A stretch of 45,276 nt of DNA. Origin: an uncultured bacterium (GTDB taxonomy: Bacteria; Zhuqueibacterota; QNDG01; DTFT01). Each line of letters starts with the position of its first letter. Positions within the stretch are counted from its first letter, which is position 1. The translations under genes and the position numbers were made by a program. The notes beneath the pieces are model-generated. The model searched no databases. It saw nothing but the letters and a program-made list of their open reading frames with translations, and was not told the DNA's origin. The stretch covers positions 1 through 45,276 of the forward strand of contig CAZNXX010000004.1 in assembly GCA_964577095.1 (NCBI GenBank). The letters run 5' to 3'. Shown piece after piece: positions 24,473-32,619 of the stretch.

Positions 24473-26766
24473 TTTACGGGGTTCTCCAATGGAGGCAGTA
24501 CGTTCTCACTCAGACGCAGTTCCAGCAGGGCTTGCAGAAATGCGAGCAGGGATTCCGCGCCCTCGTTCTCATTCGGTCGATCCGGATGGAGACCGTCCCG
24601 GCAGCCGCCCGTCGTCGGATCATACACCGGCAGATTCAAATCGTTGCGGCCGAGGAACCATTCAAAGGCACGGCGTGATTCCCGGCGCCAGTGCATGTCT
24701 CCGGTGATCCGGAATGCCTCCAGACAGGCGGAAACCATGGCCTGCGCTTCAACCGGCTGCTGATCGAACCGGGCCCGCTCGCCCCCCTTCGTATAGAACC
24801 CGTTCGAGCCGATGGGAACGAAATGTCGGCCCGGGGTATCCGACCGCTGTAATTCGGACAGCCACTTCAGCGACTCCAATCCGGCATCGGTCATTTCAGG
24901 GTGGGGTATCGCCTGGCCGCACAGAAGAAGGGCGTGCGGCAGCGCGGCGTTGCAGTAGGTCAGCTTGTCTTCATACCATTCCCAATCATCCGAACGGTTC
25001 CGCCGGTACAATCCCAGCAGTCGCCCTGACAATTCATCACTGATCTGGCCGGCCTTCCGGTCGCCGGCAAATCGCTGCAGGTACTCATGAATGCCCATCA
25101 AGGCAAAGGCCCATGCCCGGGGGCTGGTCGTAGCGAGAATGGCGGGTAAGGCCTGTTCGAACACCCGGCCCGCCATGCTCTGCAGAACGGGCATGTTGGA
25201 GCGGCCCAGAACGGCACCCAGAGCCCATAGGGTGCGGCCGTGGCTGTCGTCCGAGCCTCCTGCTTCAAGCCAGTGCCGCCTGTAATCCATGAAATTCCGG
25301 AAATGCCCGATTTCCGGATCAAAGGCGTACCAGATGAAGGCGAGATACCGGGAGGCCAGGTCCGGGGCTTCCCCGTTTCCCATGGTTTCCAGAAGCGTGC
25401 TCACCATGAGCGCACGGGCATTGTCGTCAAGGGTGTAGCCCTCGCGGTAATTGGGGACCGTAAAAATTGCATGTTGAAGAATGCCGGTTTCATCCGTCAT
25501 GTGGTGCAGGTGATCCAGTTTGAGCGGCGGCAGTTCTCCCGGACGTTTGTCAAGCGGTTTGACCGCGAAGTCCGACTGGGCATGATGACGTCGTTCCAGC
25601 CGCGCGCGCTCGAAACTTTCCATGTAGCGCCGCGAAACCTGCGGCCAGATCATATCGCGCCCGAATACATAGGCGCGCTTCCGCATGGCGTGACGCTCGG
25701 AATCGTTGTCCAGAAGCGCAATGATCCCGTCCGCCAGAGCCGCCGGATCTCGGAACGGCACCAGAACTCCCCGTCCTTCTTCCAGCAATTCTTCCGCGTA
25801 CCAGTAGGGCGTGGAAATGACCGCCTTCCCCGCCCCCACCGTATAAGCGAGCGTGCCGGACGTGATTTGCGCGGCGTTGAGGTAAGGGGTCACGTAAATA
25901 TCCGCCGCGCCGATGAACTGAACGAGCTCTTCCAGACTGACGAAGCGGTTATAAAATATGACTTGTCCTTCTACGCCTTTCTCCTGGGCGAGCCATTGCA
26001 GGGAGAGCCTGTACGTCTCGCCATCCTTCCGCAGAACATGGGGATGGGTCGCACCCAGAACGATATAAACCACATTCGGATGACGGGCCAGGACTGCGGG
26101 CAGAGCTGAAATGACGTTCTCGATCCCTTTATTCGTCGAGAGCAGCCCGAAGCTGAGCAGGACGATTTTCCCCTCGACTCTGAATAAATCCTTGTTGTAA
26201 CTCGGGTCCACGAACGGGACATCCGGAATACCGTGTGGAATGAGGTCGATTTTTCCGGGCGGAATGCCGTAAATCTCCCGAAGAAATTCGGAGCCTCTCC
26301 GGCTCATGACGACGATACGATCGGAGAGTGCCGTGACTTCCTCCAGCACCCGTTTCTGATCTGCGTCGGGATCACGCAGAATGGTGTGCAAAGTCGTGAC
26401 GACGGGCATCCGAAGTTCCCGCAGGAGGGCGAGGATATGACTTCCCGCGCGGCCGCCGAAAATGCCGTATTCATGCTGCAGGGATACGAGATCGACATTG
26501 TTGATATTGATAAAATCAGCGGCGCGGCGATAGGATTCAATATCTTTCTCCGTCAGCTCAAAACGGACGCGGGGCGGATAATCGTACCCGGTTTCGGTGT
26601 CATTGACCGGCAGGGCGATACAGGTTGTTTCCCTGAATTCATTGGATACCGCTTCGCACAGATCGGTGGTAAATGTTGCGATTCCGCATTGACGCGGCAT
26701 ATAATTGCCGATAAATGCGATTCGTTTAATGGTTGAAGCAGTTGAATTTGGATCCATCAGAGACAA
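24469..26766 (-). CDS. GT4-family glycosyltransferase fused to a large alpha-helical (probably (alpha/alpha)6 glycoside-hydrolase-like) C-terminal domain
   Basis: The N-terminal ~390 aa are GT-B/GT4-like (HEYGIFGG, ...E.FG...LEA-type region TLAYTVGAGKAVISTPYWYAEELL). The C-terminal ~370 aa are rich in helical repeats (DDNARAL, GRTLWALG, NAALPHALL, NEGAESLLAFLQALL). Start is TTG 26766 or ATG 26757. Confidence 0.82.
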   Translation of the reverse strand: MSLMDPNSTASTIKRIAFIGNYMPRQCGIATFTTDLCEAVSNEFRETTCIALPVNDTETGYDYPPRVRFELTEKDIESYRRAADFININNVDLVSLQHEYGIFGGRAGSHILALLRELRMPVVTTLHTILRDPDADQKRVLEEVTALSDRIVVMSRRGSEFLREIYGIPPGKIDLIPHGIPDVPFVDPSYNKDLFRVEGKIVLLSFGLLSTNKGIENVISALPAVLARHPNVVYIVLGATHPHVLRKDGETYRLSLQWLAQEKGVEGQVIFYNRFVSLEELVQFIGAADIYVTPYLNAAQITSGTLAYTVGAGKAVISTPYWYAEELLEEGRGVLVPFRDPAALADGIIALLDNDSERHAMRKRAYVFGRDMIWPQVSRRYMESFERARLERRHHAQSDFAVKPLDKRPGELPPLKLDHLHHMTDETGILQHAIFTVPNYREGYTLDDNARALMVSTLLETMGNGEAPDLASRYLAFIWYAFDPEIGHFRNFMDYRRHWLEAGGSDDSHGRTLWALGAVLGRSNMPVLQSMAGRVFEQALPAILATTSPRAWAFALMGIHEYLQRFAGDRKAGQISDELSGRLLGLYRRNRSDDWEWYEDKLTYCNAALPHALLLCGQAIPHPEMTDAGLESLKWLSELQRSDTPGRHFVPIGSNGFYTKGGERARFDQQPVEAQAMVSACLEAFRITGDMHWRRESRRAFEWFLGRNDLNLPVYDPTTGGCRDGLHPDRPNENEGAESLLAFLQALLELRLSENVLPPLENPVK

Positions 26767-26956
26767 CTCTTTTCAGATGATTGACCGTTCATTCATGCGT
26801 GTGATGGTGAGTCGGGGGTACTCCCATTTGTTTCAACAAACAGCTTGATGATCTTACGTTCTGCGGCGGATGGAGTCGGGTGTTTTCCACCTTCAGCAGC
26901 ACCAAAACCGGGGTGCTGATCTCAATTCGGCGATTTTCCCGGGAGTTCCAATCGGA

Positions 26957-27018
26957 TAATAAAAAGGAGCGGGCTGCCTTCGAATTGGATTGATCGATCC
27001 CGAAGTCATACAGCCCGC
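26957..27018 (-). terminator. Compound hairpin plus T-tract ending the low-GC gene array
   Basis: On the minus strand: GCGGGCTG...(inner CTTCG/CGAAG stem)...CAGCCCGC followed by TCCTTTTTATTAT. It lies directly downstream of the last island gene. Confidence 0.55.
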
Positions 27019-27032
27019 ACCCTGAAAGCGCT

Positions 27033-27197
27033 CTACAGACCTTTTACCAGATTCCCGAGAGCCAGAACGATGAATCCGATCAAAACCATCGCAAATGCGT
27101 AACCGGTGTGGATGATCCCCTGAGAGGCGAGTGCTCCGAGTATCGCCAGAATGACAGCGATAAAAAATGTAATCTCTTTGGGAGGCGTGAGTTTCAT
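27033..27197 (-). CDS. Small two-TM membrane protein (54 aa), absent from the supplied ORF track
   Basis: Hand-translated as MKLTPPKEITFFIAVILAILGALASQGIIHTGYAFAMVLIGFIVLALGNLVKGL. AAGGAGA lies 8 nt upstream of the ATG. Confidence 0.6.
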   Translation of the reverse strand: MKLTPPKEITFFIAVILAILGALASQGIIHTGYAFAMVLIGFIVLALGNLVKGL

Positions 27198-27302
27198 GAT
27201 TTTGTTCTCCTTCTGTTTTGGTTTGGAGATGTCACCTTTTCAATTCGGTTGATCGAACCCGCAAAGATGCGCTTCTTGAAGCCGTTTTAGAATCCGGATA
27301 TT

Positions 27303-27944
27303 CTATTGCTGGGCCATTTCGACACTGGCGACATTGACGGCTGCCTGAACGCGGTTCAACGCATCCTTCAAACCGACGCCCTCCTGCAGAACCTTGACGG
27401 TGATCGGCAGAATCGAATCGACTCCTTTCAGGGTCAGGTCGTTTGATAGAAATTTCTGTATCTCTTTCATGTCGGACATGTATGTCTGAAAAACTCCTTT
27501 GACTCCGATGCTTTCTTCGGCGATTTTGCCATACACTTCACCCAACTCGGCCCGGCGCTGTTCACTGAGCGCACGGATCTGCGGATTGGCGTACGCGTCT
27601 CCCTGTTTCTTCCATTCAACGAAATACTCCTTTCCGCGGACCTTCATCTCATCGGCATGCACGGTGAACTTCTTTTCCATCGCGTCCATTTTAACCACGT
27701 TTGCGGAAAAGGCATCGAACGCGGATTTGACATCGGGCTGCCCCGCCCGGGTCAGGTTATTCAGTGACGCTCCCGTTGCATCCAACTGAACGGCGACAAC
27801 TAATATTTCCTCGGACACAGTCTGCATTGTGGTCATTGCGTTTCCTGATCGCTCCATGCCGGTTGTCGCGCAGCCGGTAAGGAAGGCGGACATGCCAATC
27901 ATAATTGCGATCGGCGAAAGTACGGATCGTTTCAAGTTTTTCAT
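27303..27944 (-). CDS. Helical lipoprotein (tentatively DUF2959-like)
   Basis: Lipobox FLTGC after a signal peptide, and AAAGGAGA upstream. The helical body resembles DUF2959-type lipoproteins in layout only, so the family call is weak. Confidence 0.7.
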   Translation of the reverse strand: MKNLKRSVLSPIAIMIGMSAFLTGCATTGMERSGNAMTTMQTVSEEILVVAVQLDATGASLNNLTRAGQPDVKSAFDAFSANVVKMDAMEKKFTVHADEMKVRGKEYFVEWKKQGDAYANPQIRALSEQRRAELGEVYGKIAEESIGVKGVFQTYMSDMKEIQKFLSNDLTLKGVDSILPITVKVLQEGVGLKDALNRVQAAVNVASVEMAQQ

Positions 27945-27981
27945 CTGATTCTCCTTTTTTTAATTCTGTATACTTCGAAAT

Positions 27982-28422
27982 TCACTTCTGACTATCCCCG
28001 AATAGCCCCTCTATCTTCTTGCCGATCTGGTCCAGTTCCCCCTGAAAGTCCGCTTTGAATTTGACCCATTGGCTTTGTCCCCCATCGTATTGCTCCAGCT
28101 TTTTCTTCAAGTCGCGATTCTTTTGTTCCAGGTCGGCCACTTCCTTGGCGAATTTCCTGTTGGCGGTGGAGCCGCTTGCTTCCATCTTTTCTTTGAATAC
28201 CGCAATATTCTTTTCATTTCCTACGATTTTTTGTGCGGATTCGGTTTTAAATATTTCCCATTCGGCAAGATATCCGGCCCTGGCCTCAGTCAATTCCTGC
28301 TGGGCCGATTCCAGATTCTCTTTCGCATTTTCAACTTTTTGTTTTGACGATTTTTCACAACCGACCAAGCAAGCTCCGGCGATCAAACCCATGGCGGCCA
28401 GGGTTACAATTCCTTTGTTCAT
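27982..28422 (-). CDS. Coiled-coil lipoprotein
   Basis: Lipobox LVGC. ATG 28422 has AGGAAAGGA upstream, while the track ORF starts 36 nt earlier. Lys/Glu-rich heptad-like sequence. Confidence 0.72.
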   Translation of the reverse strand: MNKGIVTLAAMGLIAGACLVGCEKSSKQKVENAKENLESAQQELTEARAGYLAEWEIFKTESAQKIVGNEKNIAVFKEKMEASGSTANRKFAKEVADLEQKNRDLKKKLEQYDGGQSQWVKFKADFQGELDQIGKKIEGLFGDSQK

Positions 28423-28521
28423 TATTTTTTCCTTTCCTGGTTTCTTTTCCATAACCATTACACATAATCGGTGATACCGTTTTTGTGAACCCGGCGTCAG
28501 TTCAATTCTCCGGGAATTTGT

Positions 28522-28818
28522 TTAACTTTTCAAATTGTCAATCTTCTCCGCCTCTTCCTTTATGGATTGCTTGTGCTGATCCACCTTTTCAATCAACCCT
28601 TTTATCTTCAAATTTTTCCGGATATCTCCGTTTTGACCGTTGGCCAGCTCACTGTACACTTCCGTTCCGATCTCCTTGAATACTTCATTCAAAGAGTGGG
28701 TGCTGTTCGCCATGTCCAGCTTGACCTTACCGATTTTCATGTATTTATTGGTCGTTGCCGCCGCGTCGGACAGCTCCCCTTTGATCGTTTTTTTGATTTT
28801 ATTCCAATTCGTTGACAT
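28522..28818 (-). CDS. Small coiled-coil hypothetical protein (98 aa)
   Basis: ATG 28818 is preceded by GGAGGA plus 7 nt. The track ORF (to 28899) runs through the upstream terminator and is rejected as a start. Confidence 0.6.
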   Translation of the reverse strand: MSTNWNKIKKTIKGELSDAAATTNKYMKIGKVKLDMANSTHSLNEVFKEIGTEVYSELANGQNGDIRKNLKIKGLIEKVDQHKQSIKEEAEKIDNLKS

Positions 28819-28865
28819 ACGCGATTCCTCCTGCCGTTCATCACTGTTTTCCGAATTTATCTTCA

Positions 28866-28900
28866 GGGAAAACTTGAGCGGACATTCCTGTCCGCTCAAG
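28866..28900 (-). terminator. Rho-independent terminator after the OMP gene
   Basis: Perfect 11-bp stem CTTGAGCGGAC/GTCCGCTCAAG with a 6-nt loop, followed by TTTTCCC on the minus strand. Confidence 0.8.
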
Positions 28901-28911
28901 TCTCAGGAAGA

Positions 28912-29454
28912 TTAAAGTTTGTACAGAAGACCGACAGTGAGAACATAGAAGTTGCTTTTCAAACTGCCGGATCCCGGAATTTCCTCAAAATCGTAATTCA
29001 GGAAGACATAACGGATATCACCGGTCAAAAGAAACCTTGTTTCAACCGGCAATTCCACCCCGCCCCCAAAATGGTAACCGACCTTCTGCGTCGTCTCGTC
29101 TTTCAAAAGCGGTAATTTTTTCTTATTATAATCATACGTTACACTGTACCAGCCGGCGCCGACTGCCCCGTAAAGCATGGGCACCGGATAAACCAGGCCG
29201 GTGATCATGACAGGCCAGTTTCGAACCGTCAAAAGACCGTCCGCGTATTTTTCCTGCCGATAGTTGATGGATGCTTCGACGCCGAAGATCGGTTTTACCT
29301 TCAGCCTCCATGCCACCCCGCCCATCAATGATCCTTTATCGGCTTCCTGGGCTTTATAATAGCCGATTTGCGGACCCAGACTGATGCCCTGTGTATTCCC
29401 ACGGGGAACCATCAGAAAAGTCAAACCTAAGATGAACCACAGTTTCTTGTTCAT
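28912..29454 (-). CDS. Small outer-membrane beta-barrel protein (OmpA-barrel/OMP_b-brl-like), paralog 1
   Basis: 180 aa from ATG 29454 (GAAGGAGG upstream). It has a signal peptide, alternating amphipathic strands and a C-terminal ...VGLLYKL. It is 114/180 identical (hand alignment) to 30104-30646. Confidence 0.85.
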   Translation of the reverse strand: MNKKLWFILGLTFLMVPRGNTQGISLGPQIGYYKAQEADKGSLMGGVAWRLKVKPIFGVEASINYRQEKYADGLLTVRNWPVMITGLVYPVPMLYGAVGAGWYSVTYDYNKKKLPLLKDETTQKVGYHFGGGVELPVETRFLLTGDIRYVFLNYDFEEIPGSGSLKSNFYVLTVGLLYKL

Positions 29455-29605
29455 CACACAGCCTCCTTCAATTGGATAAATGATTGTTATTGTTGGATCC
29501 TTCTCGTTCCTTGACTTCAATTCAAATCTATTCTCCATCTCATTTTCTCGTCCCGACTCATGGCTGAATCTGTTCTTGAGATCCTCATTGGTATTTTGAG
29601 ATTGA

Positions 29606-29824
29606 CTACTTTTTACGCCCGACAATAACCATCACAATACCGCCGGCGAGCGCCAATCCGCCGAAAAGAGGCGATAAAGGAACCGTTTTCCGGGTTTCGG
29701 TTGAAGCCTGGATAGGGCCGATATCGATGATTTTCTCACGTGAAGTGTATGTGATGCCCTGATAAATGAAAACCATTGCGCCAAGCACGATGAGAACGAT
29801 TCCGATGAACAGGATGGGTTTCAT
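29606..29824 (-). CDS. DUF3185-like small two-TM membrane protein
   Basis: 72 aa with two hydrophobic helices flanking a polar loop and a basic C-terminus GRKK. AGGAGA upstream overlaps the end of the preceding gene. Confidence 0.7.
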   Translation of the reverse strand: MKPILFIGIVLIVLGAMVFIYQGITYTSREKIIDIGPIQASTETRKTVPLSPLFGGLALAGGIVMVIVGRKK

Positions 29825-29836
29825 GCGTTTGATCTC

Positions 29837-30007
29837 CTATTTCAGTGATTCATGCCGCACTGCCGATTTGCGGCCTTTTATGACTCTGAACAGCAGTACG
29901 ATGATTGCTGCCACCAGCAGGACATGGATGAGTCCACCCACTAAATGGCCGCTGAAAATGGCGATCAGCCACAATAACAGAAGAATGGTAATGAGAGCCC
30001 AGAACAT
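29837..30007 (-). CDS. lmo0937-family small membrane protein (56 aa), absent from the supplied ORF track
   Basis: Hand-translated as MFWALITILLLLWLIAIFSGHLVGGLIHVLLVAAIIVLLFRVIKGRKSAVRHESLK. It parallels the 42751-42903 product. AAAGGAA upstream. Confidence 0.75.
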   Translation of the reverse strand: MFWALITILLLLWLIAIFSGHLVGGLIHVLLVAAIIVLLFRVIKGRKSAVRHESLK

Positions 30008-30058
30008 TTTAATATTCCTTTCTGCGATTCTGTATTCTCATCTCTGCGTCCTTCCAGG

Positions 30059-30098
30059 CACACAGCCGGAGGGAATATCCGGTCCGTCCGGCTGTGTG
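30059..30098 (-). terminator. Strong hairpin after OMP paralog 2 (no U-tract)
   Basis: 11-bp perfect stem CACACAGCCGG/CCGGCTGTGTG with an 18-nt loop. The flanks are not T-rich. Confidence 0.45.
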
Positions 30099-30103
30099 AT
30101 CTA

Positions 30104-30646
30104 TTATAAACCGAACAGCAGTCCGACGGTCATGACAGTGAAATTGCTTTTCATGTCGCTGCTGCCCGGGACTTTTTCAAAGTCATAATTCAGGAATACA
30201 TACCGAATATCGCCGGTCAATTTGATTTTTGAGACGACCGGGACTTCCAACCCTCCGCCAAAATGCCAGCCGACTTTATGCGAGGTGTCGTCTTTGAGGA
30301 TCGGCACCTTCTTCTGATCATAATCAGAAGTCACGCTGTACCACCCGGCTCCGACGGCTCCGTACACAACGGGCAGGGGATAAATCAAACCCGTCACCAT
30401 CACCGGCCAGCTTCGAACCGTCAAAGCGCCATCCGCATATTCTTCCTGACGGTATTGAATGGAGGCCTCAACGCCGATGACCGGCAGCAGTTTCATCCGC
30501 CAGGCCGCTCCCCGCATGAAGGAACCCTTGTCCGCATCTTTCGTCTTAAAATATCCGATCTGCGGTCCGATTCCAAAGCTCTGCGCCGCCACCTGGGCCG
30601 CCATCAAAATGAACAGCCCTGCCAGCAGATTGATTCTCATGCGCAT
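30104..30646 (-). CDS. Small outer-membrane beta-barrel protein, paralog 2
   Basis: 180 aa with signal peptide ...AAQVAAQS and GGAGA upstream. It shares long identical blocks with paralog 1 (GAVGAGWYSVT, LTGDIRYVFLNYDFE). Confidence 0.85.
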   Translation of the reverse strand: MRMRINLLAGLFILMAAQVAAQSFGIGPQIGYFKTKDADKGSFMRGAAWRMKLLPVIGVEASIQYRQEEYADGALTVRSWPVMVTGLIYPLPVVYGAVGAGWYSVTSDYDQKKVPILKDDTSHKVGWHFGGGLEVPVVSKIKLTGDIRYVFLNYDFEKVPGSSDMKSNFTVMTVGLLFGL

Positions 30647-30769
30647 GAAGCGATCTCCTTTTCAACAGGATAAATTGTTTTTTGTCCTTGAATTGGATCG
30701 TGAGATGGGCGATGGTGTTCAGCCCATTGCATGAACACCGGATGATCTCCGTTTTTTCAATTCTCCGCG

Positions 30770-30955
30770 TCATGGCTTCCAGAACATCAGCTTGATTTCT
30801 TCCCTGGTTTTTCCGAGCCTCTTCTGCAATCGACCCAACACCTCTTCTTCATTTCGAATCTGGAATACCGTGGAATCTTCGCTCCGATTGGAGAATTTTG
30901 TCTTCAAATTTCCTCCGGCTTCCTTCCAGCTGCCGTTCGCATCGAGATTGACCAT
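30770..30955 (-). CDS. CsbD-family general stress protein
   Basis: 61 aa with a GSWKEAGGNLKTKF...VLGRLQKRLGKTREE pattern. CCAGGAGG upstream. Confidence 0.85.
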   Translation of the reverse strand: MVNLDANGSWKEAGGNLKTKFSNRSEDSTVFQIRNEEEVLGRLQKRLGKTREEIKLMFWKP

Positions 30956-30979
30956 CTGGCGCCTCCTGGTCTTCTTAAC

Positions 30980-30993
30980 TGAACCGGTTTGAT
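30980..30993 (-). promoter_or_regulatory. Recurrent motif site (plus strand GAACCGGTTTGAT) upstream of csbD-like gene
   Basis: Same 13-mer as at 31516-31528. The GGTTC end is 25 nt from the ATG. Confidence 0.35.
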
Positions 30994-31045
30994 CGTCTTT
31001 TTGCGTGCATCCGCATGAACATCATAATCATTTTCCGCGATCAGA

Positions 31046-31219
31046 TCAATCGGCCGTCAGGACGAAAAAGTGATTAATTCTTTTGATTGATCGGAGCCTG
31101 ATTCCCGATTTGCCGGTCATCCGTCCCGAACACTCCACCCGAGGGTCATTCCGAAAGACGCGCGAGGCCGTGCGAATCGACTCGCACGGATTGGTGCATC
31201 GCTTCGGTTCGATATTCAT
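31046..31219 (-). CDS. Candidate 57-aa ORF, absent from the supplied ORF track
   Basis: ATG 31219 is preceded by GGAGG plus 8 nt. Product is MNIEPKRCTNPCESIRTASRVFRNDPRVECSGRMTGKSGIRLRSIKRINHFFVLTAD. No family recognised. Confidence 0.3.
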   Translation of the reverse strand: MNIEPKRCTNPCESIRTASRVFRNDPRVECSGRMTGKSGIRLRSIKRINHFFVLTAD

Positions 31220-31260
31220 GTCCAGATCCTCCTGTTGCTCCCGTCCGACCCCTGACCTCT

Positions 31261-31488
31261 TCAGTCCGTCAAGCTTGGGTATTCATCGATCGACCCCGGC
31301 GGCCGTCGCGAATCTCGGGAACCCGGCCTGCCGGCGCATTCATCTTTCTGATTCATCTGATCGTATAATTTTTGAGAAATGAACAGGCCGGCCAATTCCA
31401 CTATCCCTGTTTCAGCGCTTGCCGTGCCGCTGACTGACGACACTTGGGCGATCACCGTCGACTGACTCGGGTCCAGGTTGTTTTTCAT
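31261..31488 (-). CDS. Hypothetical 75-aa protein
   Basis: GAGGAGA Shine-Dalgarno upstream. The N-terminal half is plausible and the C-terminal half is low-complexity. No family recognised. Confidence 0.45.
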   Translation of the reverse strand: MKNNLDPSQSTVIAQVSSVSGTASAETGIVELAGLFISQKLYDQMNQKDECAGRPGSRDSRRPPGSIDEYPSLTD

Positions 31489-31508
31489 TTTATCTCCTCG
31501 GAAAATAC

Positions 31509-31528
31509 TGTTCCGGAACCGGTTTGAT
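31509..31528 (-). promoter_or_regulatory. Recurrent motif site (plus strand TGTTCCGGAACCGGTTTGAT)
   Basis: Overlapping perfect palindromes GTTCCGGAAC and AACCGGTT. The GGTTC end is 27 nt from ATG 31488. Confidence 0.35.
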
Positions 31529-31634
31529 TTTGTCCTTTTTTATCGTTCAATCTCAAGTTTCGTTTATTGGATCGGCTCCGTCAACGGGGTTCCGCGCATC
31601 CCTCTCCAGATTCTCACCGAGCCGCATCTTTAAT

Positions 31635-31677
31635 ACGGCGGGGGCAGAAGTTCTCTCTGCCTCCATGCCCCCGCCGT
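31635..31677 (-). terminator. Strong hairpin downstream of the 213-aa OMP gene
   Basis: 12-bp stem ACGGCGGGGGCA/TGCCCCCGCCGT with a 19-nt loop, followed by only a weak A/T stretch (TATTAAAG). Confidence 0.45.
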
Positions 31678-31772
31678 GTTCCTGATCGGACTTCGTCCTC
31701 CCGGATCGCTTTCCGCTTTGTTCATTGGATCACGCATGGACGTTTCGAGCGGGAGCGTCCTTCCGTTCTCAC

Positions 31773-32414
31773 TCACCTGATGTAATAGGCGATTCCAGCA
31801 CCTGCGTAATGGAATGAATCATCGTTCAGCGCCAATCCAAACTCCGCGACAAAATCGATGGTTTCGGAAATCCGGTATTCGATTCCCGGCACGAGGTGCA
31901 ATCTCGTGATCGAATCGTCGACACCCGAGGGGACATCCTTCATCTTGTCGAACGACGCATCCAGCGCCCCGCACAGTTCAAGCTTTTTCCCGATGAGGCC
32001 GCTCAACTGCGGGATGATTTCGAACCCCATCAGGTCATAACCGGCGTCTTTGCCGGCCAGCCAGTTCAAGCCGCCGGTCAGCGAGAAATCCATACCGGAA
32101 CCCTGTTCAGTGCCTCTGAGTATCCAGTATTCTCCATCCACGCCGACCAGAGTTCCGTTATCCAGGAACCCCAGTTTGGCTTCAACGTCGAAATGCGGGG
32201 TGAATGCGTATCCTCCGCGAATCCCCACTCCGACCTGGTTGTCGGCTCCGTCTTTGCCGAACACCATGATCGGGGCCGCCATCAATTTGAAGGTTCCCTG
32301 GTTCATCGTTTCGGCGGACTGAAGCACGCCGATCGTCTGAGCCGAAGCCGATTTCGAGAAACACAGCCCCAACGCGACGGCAAAGAAGATCCGTCCGATT
32401 TGAGAGATTCTCAT
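31773..32414 (-). CDS. Outer-membrane beta-barrel protein (213 aa)
   Basis: Signal peptide ending SASAQ, alternating beta-strand pattern, C-terminal GIAYYIR, and CAGGAGGA upstream. Confidence 0.72.
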   Translation of the reverse strand: MRISQIGRIFFAVALGLCFSKSASAQTIGVLQSAETMNQGTFKLMAAPIMVFGKDGADNQVGVGIRGGYAFTPHFDVEAKLGFLDNGTLVGVDGEYWILRGTEQGSGMDFSLTGGLNWLAGKDAGYDLMGFEIIPQLSGLIGKKLELCGALDASFDKMKDVPSGVDDSITRLHLVPGIEYRISETIDFVAEFGLALNDDSFHYAGAGIAYYIR

Positions 32415-32619
32415 GTCCTGTCCTCCTGAAATGAATGATTGAACGGTACCGAATGTTTTTACTTAATTAAAGTATACTTTTTCAACGCCTGAATCAATCG
32501 CCCAAAGGGATGAAAAAGGATCCGGTTCTTTTGGACGATGCAGAATTCAGACAAAAACAACGATGGCACGATTCTCTTTTCCCCTTTTTCAGCGCGACCG
32601 GTCCGATGCTGGATCTTCG

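Noticed and set aside
26767-27032. tRNA gene, att site or integrase remnant at the GC-content boundary
   Set aside because: No cloverleaf-compatible sequence or recombinase-like ORF is present. The region holds only hairpins and the likely promoter of the GT4 gene. The other island boundary lies outside the window.
32564-32580. Sigma54-like TGGCAC element
   Set aside because: It lies on the plus strand, where there is no downstream gene. It also lacks a TTGC element at the required 5-nt spacing.
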